Source of the DNA: Eledone cirrhosa
Lineage: Eukaryota
DNA: 64,000 nucleotides
Reading direction: 5' to 3'
NCBI GenBank assembly: GCA_964016885.1
Contig: OZ024747.1
Coordinates: 56,110,001-56,174,000, forward strand
Both the position numbers and the translations under genes were made by a program. Positions 1-11,451 of this stretch are shown piece after piece; the first letter of the stretch is position 1, and each line of letters starts with the position of its first letter. The notes below the pieces were generated by a model. It was not told the DNA's origin. It did no database searches and saw only the letters and a list, made by a program, of their open reading frames with translations.

Positions 1-119
1 TGTAAGTAACTGTCAAGTATACTATGAGAGTACATTATATATATATATATATATATAAAAATATATTATATATATGTATATATATATATATATAATATAT
101 GTATATACTTATCTCTATG

Positions 120-163
<44 letters not shown>

Positions 164-269
164 TGTAAATAAATAAAAACAATGAAATAAAAACAAAGAA
201 CAAGTTCCTTATATATATATATATATATGTATGTATATCTGTATGTATATGTGTATATATATATACACA

Positions 270-459
<190 letters not shown>

Positions 460-988
460 TTCTGTGTCCCTACTATTTTATTACGTTATGCTATATATTA
501 ACTGAAATAAGATGAAAAGGGAGGGTATTAGGAGAGGAGAATGAAACAACATTTTGAAAGGAAAACACTAGATGAGTCAACAGATGACAAGAAAAGAAAA
601 CAAAAGAAAACACAGATGAAAAAAGAAATAATATTCAAACCCAACCCACCTCTTCTGCCTTCCCAGATACATTAATGATTATGATGTGGATGATGGTGAT
701 GATGATGATCATGGTGGTGATGTTGGTTATAATGATTGTGATGATGGTTGTGATAATAATAACAAAAACAACAAGAATACTAATAATGATAGTAGTAGTA
801 GTAGTAATGGTAGCAGTAGTAGTAGTGCTGGTGGTGGTGGTTGAAAGAACTGGAAAAGAAGGGAAATTTGTAAAAAGTTTCTAATTAGTTTACCTAGCTT
901 ATATTTAACTCTGTTGACATTAAAACTTTCTGGGCTGAGAATGATCTAAGACACTGATATATGTATATATATATCTTGAACATTTTCC

Positions 989-1042
<54 letters not shown>

Positions 1043-1236
1043 CACACATAATTATACATACACACATACACATGTATACATGTGTTTATGAAGTAAGCAA
1101 TATTGCATATTATTCTACTTTTGTTATGAAGAAACATACAACAGACTATATACCTATATACACTTGCAACAAGAGTGTTTATATAACAAAAATAAATGTA
1201 TGCAGTACATGCACACACACACATGCATACACACAC

Positions 1237-1309
<73 letters not shown>

Positions 1310-1349
1310 TACATACATATATATGTACATATATATGTACATATATTCG

Positions 1350-1390
<41 letters not shown>

Positions 1391-1932
1391 ATATATAAAC
1401 ATATACACAGGTATAAAGTAGCTTAATGCATTGAGAAAAGTATCTGACCATGATATTTGCTTGACTGAAGTAAGATTAATGTTTGTTAATTCTGGTTGAT
1501 TAGAAGAGGCAAAGATTGTGTGAGGTTTATTATAGGATTTTTAAGGTTCGGAGTGAGGGGTTGGTTGGTCGGTTGGTTGGGCTGTAATAGGTGTGTGTAT
1601 GTGTGAGACAGAGAGAGTTGGGCATCTATTGTGGGTCCATGTGTTCCAGTATCCATGTGTATGTGTGAGAGAGATGGTGGTGGGGTATGTTGTATGTCTA
1701 TGTGTGTGAGAGATACTTGTGGATCTGGGTGTTTCTGTATGCATGTTTGTGTCTGTGTGAGAGAGAGTTTGATGTCTGTGTATTCCTGCATGCATGTGTG
1801 TGCATGTGTGTGTCTGTATGCGCATGTGTGTGCGTGTGTGTGTGTGTGTGAAAGAGAGAGAATTGGGGATCTACTGTATGTTACTGTATGCATTTGTGTG
1901 GGAGAGAGAGAGAAAATGTTGGGTCTGTTCTA

Positions 1933-3013
1933 GATCAATGTGGTACTGTATTGGTAAATGTGGTACTGTAGAGATCTGTGTGGTACTGTATTGGTCAATG
2001 TGGTACTGTATTGGTCAGTGTGGTACTGTATTGGTAAATGTGGTACTGTAGAGATCTGTGTGGTACTGTATTGGTCAATGTGGTACTGTATTGGTCAGTG
2101 TGGTACTATATTGGTCAATGTGGTACTGTAGAGATCTGTGTGGTACTGTATTGGTCAATGTGGTACTGTATTGGTCAGTGTGGTACTATATTGGTCAATG
2201 TGGTACTGTATTGATCAGTTTGGTACTGTATTGGTCAGTGTGGTACTATATTGGTCAATGTGGTACTGTATTGGTCAGTCTGGTACTCTATTGGTCAGTG
2301 TGGTACTGTAGAGATCAGTGTGGTACTGTATTGGTCAGCGTGGTACTGTATTGGTCAGTGTGGTACTATATTGGTCAATGTGGTACTGTCGAGATCAGTG
2401 TGGTACTGTATTGGTCAGTGTGGTACTATATTGCTCAATGTGGTACTGTAGAGATCAGTGTGGTACTATATTGGTCAATGTGGTACTGTATTGGTCAGTG
2501 TGGTACTGTATTGGTCAGTGTGGTACTGTAGAGATCAATGTGGTACTGCATTGGTCAGTGTGGTACTGTATTGGTCAGTGTGGTACGGCATTGGTCAGTG
2601 TGGTACTGTATTGGTCAGTGTGGTACTGCAGAGATCAATGTGGTATTGTATTGGTCAGTGTGGTACTGTATTGGTCAGTGTAGTACTGTATTGGTCAATG
2701 TGGTACTGTATTTGTCAATGTGTTACTATATTGGTCAGTGTGGTACTATATTGGTCAGTGTAGTACTGTATTGGTCAGTGTGGTACTGTATTGGTCAATG
2801 TGGTACTGTATTTGTCAATGTGTTACTATATTGGTCAGTGTGGTACTATATTGGTCAGTGTAGTACTGTATTGGTCAGTGTGGTACTGTATTGGTCAATG
2901 TGGTACTGTATTTGTCAATGTGTTACTATATTGGTCAGTGTGGTACTATATTGGTCAGTGTGGTACTGTATTAGTCAATGTATTACTATATTGGACAATG
3001 TGGTACTGTATTG
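1933..3013. repeat. 20-bp minisatellite, about 54 units (TTGGTCAGTGTGGTACTGTA)
   Basis: Unit repeats in exact 20-bp register, with variant units GAGATCAGTG/GAGATCAATG interspersed. Explains ORFs 2058-3027. Confidence 0.97.
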
Positions 3014-3085
3014 ATACTTCTTTGTGAGTGGAATTTGGGAGGTGGTAACTGCACAAGTCCATTGTATGTGTAATATTTAATTATT

Positions 3086-3368
3086 AGGGTCAGACGCCAT
3101 GCTTTGATGCATTGAGTTATGGCCCTTAACATTCTGAGTTCAAATTCCGTCGAGGTTAACTTTGCCTTTCATCCTTACCAGGTCGATAAAATAAAGTAGC
3201 AGTAATGAAATGGTTAATTGCTGGCCTTGTGCCAAAAGTAGAAACAGTTATTATTATTATTATTAAGGGCATTGGATTGGCAGTATCGGTAGAGGGTCAG
3301 ATGCCATGCTTTGCAGCATAGAGTTACTGCCCTTTACGGTTTGAGTTCAAATTCCGCCGAGGTTAACA
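3086..3368 (+). mobile_element. Two tandem copies of tRNA-derived SINE family B (first 5'-truncated, second broken off at about 3368)
   Basis: A-box-like TGGCAGTATCGG, B-box GAGTTCAAATTCC, core GCCTTTCATCCTTAC..GGTCGATAAAATAAAGTA, tail GGCCTTGTGCCAAAAGTAGAAAC+(ATT)n. Same sequence recurs many times in the window. Confidence 0.85.
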
Positions 3369-3798
3369 AAGCTGATACTACGGGGAATGACAGTGGTGCC
3401 ATGATGCCAAGCTATTGGTATACAGAAAGAAACATCTGTTGAGAAAGGGAATCCATGTTCGATCTTAAGATACATTGCTGACTTGCATATTGCACAACTT
3501 GGAGTGTTGATTTTGGATTCCCAATAACCAATCGAAGATATTTTATAATATCTATCGATCAGGTCCAGGTTTGTATATATAACCTGTTTGAATTTTTGTT
3601 GTTGTGGTGGCTTTTGAGGCAGTTTTTTACCCGACCGCAATTTTCTATTTGTCTCACCTTTAACGTATGTTTATTACTCTGAGCTATAATATGTCCATTT
3701 ATTGATATCATCTCATTGAGTTCTTGTGCCAGCTTCTGAGTATTGTATTCGAAAGATGTTAGTCGCACCTGCAACTTCGATTTTACTCACTATCATTG

Positions 3799-3831
<33 letters not shown>

Positions 3832-3834
<3 letters not shown>

Positions 3835-4015
3835 TCATCATCATCATCATCACTGTTTAATGTCTGTTTTTCCATGCTTGCATGGGTTAGATGGGTCGTC
3901 CACATCATGAAACAAGTCAGGCCAGCTGACCGGGTTTTCTCTTGCTCAGACAGAACTGTGTTTTGGCTGCGATTTTTACAGCTGAATGCTCTTCCTAACA
4001 CCAACCACATTTACA
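3832..4015 (-). mobile_element. 3' UTR fragment of RTE-group LINE-B family with (ATG)n tail
   Basis: Reverse complement carries TGTGGTTGGTGTTAGGAAGAGCATTCAGCTGTA...TCTAACCCATGCAAGCATGGAAAAAC+(GAT)n, matching 9820-9945. Confidence 0.75.
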
Positions 4016-4094
4016 GTATATATATATTGAGGTACAGCCAGTTGGAGAAAAATCATGTTATAAGTCTAAACTGGTTATTCATTCTTAATTTATT

Positions 4095-4128
<34 letters not shown>

Positions 4129-4129
<1 letters not shown>

Positions 4130-4430
4130 CATCATCATCATCACCGTTTTACGTCCGTTCTTCCATGCTAGCATGGGTTAGATGGGTTGTCCTGTTGTGG
4201 GCAGTGTCTGGTCGGTTGACCATGCCTTGCTCATACAGGAACTGATTTTGGCTTGATTTCTACATCTGGATGCCCTTCCTAACACCAACCTCATTTACAG
4301 TGAGTGCTGGATGCTTTTTCCGTGGCGTCTACACGTCCACTTTACAGTGTGGGCTGGATGCTTTTTTGCCGTGGCACCTCCACGACCACTTTGTAGTGGG
4401 AGGGTTTGAGGGCATATTGTCTATATGCTT
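4129..4430 (-). mobile_element. 5'-truncated LINE-B 3' UTR copy
   Basis: Colinear with 9687-9945 from AAGCATATAGACAATATG to TCTAACCCATGCTAG..GGACGTAAAACGGTGATGATG. Confidence 0.85.
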
Positions 4431-4456
4431 GTCTATATATATATAGACAAGCATAT

Positions 4457-4800
4457 GGAGGCACATGGCTTAGTGGTTAGAGCATTGGGCTTGCAATCGA
4501 AAGGTTGTGAGTTCAATTCTCACACCAGGTGATGTGTTGTTTCCTTGAGCAAGACACTTTATTTCACTTTGCTCCAGTTTGCTCAGCTGTAGAAATGAGA
4601 TGATAGGGACTGGGGTCCCTATGATTTCACTGCAAAGTGGTCGTGGAGGTGCCATGGCAAAAAATCACCCAGCACTCACTGTAAATGAGGTTGGCGTTAG
4701 GAAGGGCATCCAGCTGTAGAAATCAAGCCAGAATCAGTTCCCGTCCCACCCTTGCAAGCAGGGAAAAGTGGACGTAAAATGAAATGAAATGAAAATGAAA
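4457..4800 (+). mobile_element. Full-length tRNA-derived SINE family A
   Basis: A-box TGGCTTAGTGG, B-box GAGTTCAATTC, central CCTTGAGCAAGACACTTTATTTCAC, 3' end CCCACCCTTGCAAGCAGGGAAAAGTGGACGTAAAATG. Three more near-identical copies in the window. Confidence 0.92.
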
Positions 4801-4859
4801 TATGTAGTGCTGTACAACTTCTGTCATTTCCAATCCCAATAAATTCAATAATCAGAAAA

Positions 4860-4985
4860 GCCTGCTCATGAAATTAATATACAAGTGGCTGAGCATTTCT
4901 CAGATATATGTGCCCCTAAAGTCATTCCCATAGAGATTTAGCATGATGCAGCATATGAGAAGGCTGACGTCTTGAATTACAGGCA
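4860..4985 (-). mobile_element. Decayed 3' part of SINE family C
   Basis: Reverse complement aligns by eye with 62815-62937 (CTCAGCCACTTG..ATTAA.TTCA..AGCAGG). Confidence 0.6.
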
Positions 4986-5129
4986 CAACAAGTGGACTGA
5001 ATTACAGGTTCAAGCCAAGTGGACTGTATGAAATAAAGTGTTTTTTGTTCTATAAAAGTCAGGAATAACACTCAAAATTTTACAATCATGAGCAAACACC
5101 AAACCTCATGCCTTCACACATACACATGC

Positions 5130-5180
<51 letters not shown>

Positions 5181-5197
5181 TATATATATATATATTT

Positions 5198-6938
5198 ACG
5201 AATGGGAGAGAGAGAAATTACCCTCAGTAGATCCGACAAGGAGACCAGCTATTGAGATTGATGAATATAGGGTCCAAGAGGCGATTAAGGAAATGAAAAA
5301 TGGTAAGGCTGCTGGACCATTGGGGATAGTTGCTGAGATGCTGAAGGCATCAGGGGACATAGGCACTAAACTGGTTGCATGCATCATCAATCAGGCTATT
5401 TATGGTGGTGTCATACCAAAGACTGGTGCAGCAGTATTCTCATAAATTGCTACAAAGGTAAAGGGTATGCTCTGGAGAGGAGCAATTATAGGGGTATAAA
5501 TCTGATGGATCATGTTATGAAAGTGGCAGAAATGATATTAGCACAACTAATTAGAGAAAGGGTCAAACTAGATGAGATGGAGTTTGGTTTTGTGCCTGGG
5601 AAGAGTACAACAGATGCCCTCTTCTCGGTGAGACAATTACAAGAGAGGTTCTTACAGAAAAATAAGCCACTACACTTAGCCTTTGTTGTCCTAGAGAAGG
5701 CCTTTGATAGGGTACCCTGATCTGTCATCTGGTGGTCCCTAAGGAAACTAGCTGTTGAGGAATGGCTTGTGAAAACAGTGCAAACTTTGTACAGAGGTAC
5801 TGTCAGTAAAGTCAGGGTAAGAATGGAGTTTAGTGAGGAATTCCAGATACAAGTAGGAGTACATCAAGGTTCGGTCCTCAGCCCGCTCTTGTTCATTATA
5901 GTCCTCCAAGCCATAACAGAGGAGTTTAAGACTGGCTGTCCATGGGAACTTCTCTATGCTGACGATCTGGTTCTTATAGCAGAATCAGTAGAGGAGCTAG
6001 AGAATAAATTTTGGCTATGGAAACAGCAGTTGGATGCAAGAGGACTGAGAGTGAACCTAGCTAAGACAAAAGTATTGATGAGTAGAAAAGAGGACAAAAC
6101 TCTGATTCTGTCAGGGAAATGGCCATGTTCGATATGCAGAAAAGGAACTGGCATAAATTCTATAAAATACACTTAATGCAGATCCTGGGTACACAAGAGA
6201 TGTAGTGGGATAGCAGGCAAACTAACAGGTAGGGAGAAATACGCATGCAGTAGATGTACAGGGAAATTAGACAGTAGAAGTCGCATTGATAGTCACATTT
6301 TTCAAATGCAGGCGGGTGCTATAGAAGTGGTTGATAGCTTCCAGTACCTAGGAGATCAGATTAGCATGGAGGTGTGGTGTTCCGAGACCATAGTATCTAG
6401 AATAAGGATGTGTTGGAAGAAGTTTAGGGAGCTGCTTCCTCTGCTGACGAAGAAGGGTTTCTCCCTGCGTACGAAAGGCCGGTTATATGATGCCTGTGTG
6501 AGGAGTGCGATGCTGCATGGTAGTGAGACATGGGCAGCAACTGCAGAGGATATGAGATGGCTGGAGAGAAATGAGGCAAGCATGCTCCGTTGGATGTGCA
6601 ATACCAATGTGCATGAAAGACCCAGCATGAATGTGTTGAGAAAGAAACTGTGTCTGAGAGGGATAGAATGTAGTGTGCGAGAGAGAAGACTGAGGTGGTA
6701 TGGACATGTGATGCGCATGGAGGATGACCGATGGGTAAAGAAGTGCCAGGAAATACCAGTTGAAGGAAGACGTGGTAGTGGTAGACCACGAAAAACAGAC
6801 CTCAGATCACTGAAGCTCACAGTGGAGATGACGAAGGACCGTGACAAGTGGAGAGATGCTGTGCTGAATAAGAGCCATCCCACCCTAGCAAGCAGGGAAA
6901 AGCGGACATAAAATGATGATGATGATGATGATGATGAT
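5198..6938 (+). mobile_element. 5'-truncated, inactivated RTE-clade LINE (LINE-A): reverse transcriptase, Cys/His finger and C-terminus
   Basis: Motifs MKNGKAAGP, NYRGINL, FGFVPGKSTTDA, LEKAFDRVP, GVHQGSVLSPLLF, LLYADDLVL (YADD 5955-5966), FQYLG, LHGSETW, RRLRWYGHVMR, GRPRKT, then a (GAT)n tail. Frameshift near 5415; stops at 5718 and 6174. Confidence 0.96.
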
Positions 6939-7229
6939 ATTTACTTGTGAAATTGGAGTTAGAGGATATAAAAATGCATTACAAGAATGTTTTGCCCCTA
7001 GGGATACAATAGTCAGGTTCTTTAATTTAAAGAGCTTTTTACAGCAATCTTCCCTCTGGTCAATTCTGAACCTTATTTGAGCTGGTTCTATATTTATATA
7101 TATATAAATGAGAAAACGCATTGCTAGAACAAGTGTTAAAACAGCTAAATGCTGTAAAATATGGGCAAAATGTGATGGGAAAAAATGGACAGAGACCAGC
7201 AGCCAGTGGCCAACAGAGAGGCAATCTAC

Positions 7230-7380
7230 AAAGCAGGTGGCAGGCTGATGAAATATAGAAAAGATTGAAAGAGGAGGACATAAAGAAGAGCGTTGGTGCA
7301 CAGAAATGACCAGAAAAACAAATAAATGTACAAGACATGTTTACACCGCACACATCTTCACCTTCATCAGCTCTCAAAGT
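7230..7380 (-). repeat. Dispersed repeat with degenerate hammerhead-like motif (second copy at 30490-30640)
   Basis: Both copies share GATGAAA.ATAGAAAAGATTGAAAGAGGAGGA, AATGTACAAGACA and TCATCAGCTCTCAAA. Minus strand reads GAGAG-CTGATGA...TAAACATGTC. Confidence 0.6.
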
Positions 7381-7389
7381 GTATATATT

Positions 7390-7450
<61 letters not shown>

Positions 7451-7493
7451 GTATATGCATATATATATATATATATGTATGTATATGTATATA

Positions 7494-7548
<55 letters not shown>

Positions 7549-7553
<5 letters not shown>

Positions 7554-7715
7554 AACGAGTGGGACCCCGACGGCTGAGCTCAAGCCATTTCGACGAAACG
7601 GCTTGAGCTCAGCCGTCGGGGTCCCACTCGTTCCTATTACCCACTCTACTACCCTAAATATTGAGTACTTTGGTGCGTTATGGTCCACCTGGTTCCTTAC
7701 CACTTTTCCTTCGTT
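7549..7715 (+). mobile_element. Hairpin+tail element in (TA)n, putative Penelope-like pLTR relic (family H1)
   Basis: 44-bp arms 7549-7592 and 7594-7637 with 1 mismatch, then about 78 nt unpaired tail, (TA)n on both sides. Right arm starts with hammerhead 3' half GAAACGGC-TTGAGCTCA-GCCGTC. Confidence 0.75.
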
Positions 7716-7762
7716 ATATATATATATATTTATATATATATATATATGTATATATTTATATA

Positions 7763-7914
<152 letters not shown>

Positions 7915-8397
7915 TAGATAGGTATATATAAATATGTATATATACACAGTTACACAGTAAAATCCCAATGGAGGTCTCTCTCTCTCCATTTTAGCTGGCT
8001 ATCACACATATAGGCTCATACATATACATACATTGAAGAAAAGAAACGTATATACACAGTTCACATTCTCTCACACACCCCATCCTCTTTAATGATAAAC
8101 CAGTACCCTTGTTATTATCTTAAATTATTTTTTTCATCTTTCATTATTTTTATATTTGATACAATAAGAGAACAACAGATCATTTGAGTTCAATTTATCA
8201 ATATAAAAAACATAATGGACGAGGTTGTCAGAAGACAAATATACATTCATATCACTATATAAAAACACAGGAGACAGAAATTAATTTCAAAAACAAAAAT
8301 ACACATATATATATGTGTGTGTGTGTGTGTGTGCTTATGTGTGCGTATGTATATATATATGAATATTTATAAGTATGTGTGTATGTAAACACACACG

Positions 8398-8437
<40 letters not shown>

Positions 8438-8799
8438 GATAACAAAAGAAATGAAATAAGTATAATTTTAATCAAAAACATTTGGCAGCCTGTTTGTGGC
8501 TGGAAATTGTTGGAAAATAAATGATGGGTTGGGGGATAATGAAATGAAAAAGTGTAGAGAGAAAAAAATGATAAAACATTGTTGAAAATATAATATATAT
8601 GATCAAAACAGAATGAGACATTTTTTTTTTTATATATTTTCGAAATTACGTTATATCAGGTCCTTTGGTGAAAAGGAACCAAGGAGAATGTCATAAACAT
8701 GTCCGTTTTCTATTATTTCTGACTTAGATAAACACAAACACAACCTCAATGTTCCTACCACATCTTTCTATACTTTGGTTAGTCTGCTTCTCAATTAAG

Positions 8800-8950
8800 T
8801 TGGAGAATTGGCAGAGTCATTAGAATGTCTAATACATTGCTTTGCAGTATCTGATCTGATTATTGGCATTCTGAGTTCAAATCTTATTGAAGTCAACTTT
8901 GCTTTACATCTTTTGTGATCAATGACTAAAGTACCAGTTTACTACTGGTG
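8800..8950 (+). mobile_element. Diverged SINE family B copy
   Basis: TTGGCAGAGTC...TCTGAGTTCAAATC...GTCAACTTTGCTTT...AAAGTACCAGT. Confidence 0.65.
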
Positions 8951-9185
8951 TTCATTCTTCTGCTATGTCATTTTTTCTTACTATGTCTCTCTTTCTCGGG
9001 AAATAAAGCAGTTGTGTTTATGTCTGGAGAAGAAAGGGCTCCATCAAGTTTAAATGCCATGATCATGCTTCCATGCCTCCTTTAAATGTTTATGTCTGGA
9101 AAGGAAAATGCTCCCTGAGGTTTAAATGCCTTGATGGTGCACCTATCTGCCCATTAAATGTTAAGGCCCATGCATGTTTCCCAAT

Positions 9186-9390
9186 AATTGTTTCTGATTT
9201 AGGCACAAGGCCAACAATTTTTTGATGCGGGGGAAAGTCAATTAAAATGACTCCAGTGTATTACTGATGCTTTATTTTATTAACCCTGTAAGGATAAAAG
9301 GTAAAGCTAACCTCAGAATGTAAAGGGCTGTGACTATATGCCACAAAGCATGTTGTCCGATGATCTGAGAACTCTGCCAATCCACTGACA
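9186..9390 (-). mobile_element. Diverged SINE family B copy
   Basis: GTTTCTGATTTAGGCACAAGGCCAACAATT...AAGGATAAAAGGTAAAG...CTCTGCCAATCCAC. Confidence 0.75.
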
Positions 9391-9479
9391 ATAATAATAA
9401 CAGCAACAACATTAGTTGCTATCTCTTCAGACAACTATTTTCTTCTACCACCATTTAATCTTTTATACATAAATTGCAT

Positions 9480-9945
9480 TGGTGATGCGTATGAAGGATG
9501 ACAGTTGCATAAAAAGGTGCAGAGCACTAAATCACAATGGAAGCCTTGGAATGGGGAGACCCAAGAAGACCTGGAATGAGGTGATAAAATCTGACTTTGT
9601 CCAATTGCACCTCACAAAGGCGATGACACAGGACCGAGACCTCTGGTGTTACGCAGTAATACAGAAGAGGGTACAAGCCAAAGCTGAAGCATATAGACAA
9701 TATGACCCCATGCCCCTCCCAATGCAAAGTGGTCGTGTAGGTGACATGACAAAAAGCACCCAGTCCACACTGTAAAGTGGTCATGTAGGCACCACGGTAA
9801 AAAAAGCACCCAGTACTCACTGTAAATGAGGTTGGTGTTAGGAAGGGTATCTGGCTGTAGAAACCCAGCCCATTGCCCACAACAGGACAACCTGTCTAAC
9901 CCATGCTAGTGTGGAAGAATGGATGTAAAACGGTGATGATGATGA
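9480..9945 (+). mobile_element. 3' end of a second RTE-clade LINE (LINE-B): ORF C-terminus plus long 3' UTR and (GAT)n
   Basis: VMRMKDDSCIKRC...GRPKKTWNEVIKSD...MTQDRDLW is homologous to the LINE-A C-terminus. It is followed by a duplicated CACTGTAAAGTGGTC..AAAAAGCACCCAG module and GTTGGTGTTAGGAAGGG. Confidence 0.88.
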
Positions 9946-10011
9946 AGAGGTAGGCTAATTATAATGTTTAGACCAAGGTAATCCACTAATTGAATAAACC
10001 TAAGATATAAT

Positions 10012-10194
10012 TGTTTCTACTTTTGGCACAAGGCCAGCAATTTCCCAGTGTATTACTGGTACTTTATTTTATCGACCCCGTAAGGATGAAAGGCAAAGTT
10101 AACCTCGGCGGGATTTGAACTCAGAATGGCAAGGGCCGTAACTCTATGCGTCAAAGCTTGGCGTCCGACCCTCTACCAATACTGCCAATTCACC
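10012..10194 (-). mobile_element. Young SINE family B copy with target-site duplication
   Basis: Near-consensus copy flanked by AAGATATAAT at 10002-10011 and 10195-10204. Confidence 0.9.
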
Positions 10195-10876
10195 AAGATA
10201 TAATATTGGTGAAGATGTCATGTAGATTTGAACTCAGATCCAGATTGTTGTAAAGGAAATGTTGTGACCATTCAACCATGCTAGTTTTGGTATAGAATTA
10301 TATGTGTCTGATGTGTGCATATATGTATATATATTTATATACACACACATGTTACATACATACATACACACACACATATATATATATATAAACACTTACC
10401 TACACACACACACACACACACACATGCATACATATATTATATATATCTGCAATGAAAAGTTAAGGAAAACAAAATAATTTTCTACCAATTATATTGCAGT
10501 AAATAATACTGTACATAAATAGCCATATTGAATATTATCTGGTGAGTTGAATGTGGTTGTGGATAGGGAGGGAGGAAGGATCTGTGCTGGTTTAGAAAGA
10601 TATATTGTACTTCAAATATATGTTGTGCCGCCCATACAGCATACATACATAAACGCATACATATACTTACCTATACACACACACATATATATTCAAACAC
10701 CCCCATATATATATATTTATATATATTCACTTATATATATATGACATATATATACATGATATATACACACACACACCTTCATATACCCCCTATTATATAT
10801 ATATAGTTTTTTTTTATTTTGTTTTGTCTTGTTTTCATTCGTTGTCTTGTCTTCTCTTTGTTAATTTTCCTAAGTT

Positions 10877-10990
<114 letters not shown>

Positions 10991-11451
10991 TATAGAGTCA
11001 ATAGGAAATATCTCATAAACAAGCAGCTGCACTTTAATGTTATTGAGGACTGATATCAATACACTACAGACCAGTTAGTTTCTTAAACAAGGAACTGTTA
11101 AGTTCATCTAAGTACTAAACAATATATTAGAAACCTGGATGGAAGGTTTTCAAAATTACTGCATTTGGCCAAGCTCTAGACACTTGCACTGAATATCTCC
11201 TATAGTTTGTTATCTCATGGCTTCAATCTCAAATTTCATCAAAACCTGAGTTTTCCTTGAAGATATTTTATAATGAGGAGATGTGTCTCTTAACGTTTTC
11301 ACATATTTCTAATGAAAATATGGTTTATGATTTTCTAATAAAGCATTTGTAAGAATTTAGTAATATAACTAACCTTTTCATGATCAATTATGAAGCATGA
11401 CTTGAAGATTCTTACATAAAATTTTGTTTTAGCAAAATATAGACACTTTAA

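Noticed and set aside
4457-4530. tRNA gene
   Set aside because: A and B boxes are present but there is no closed acceptor stem, and it continues into a SINE body in four copies.
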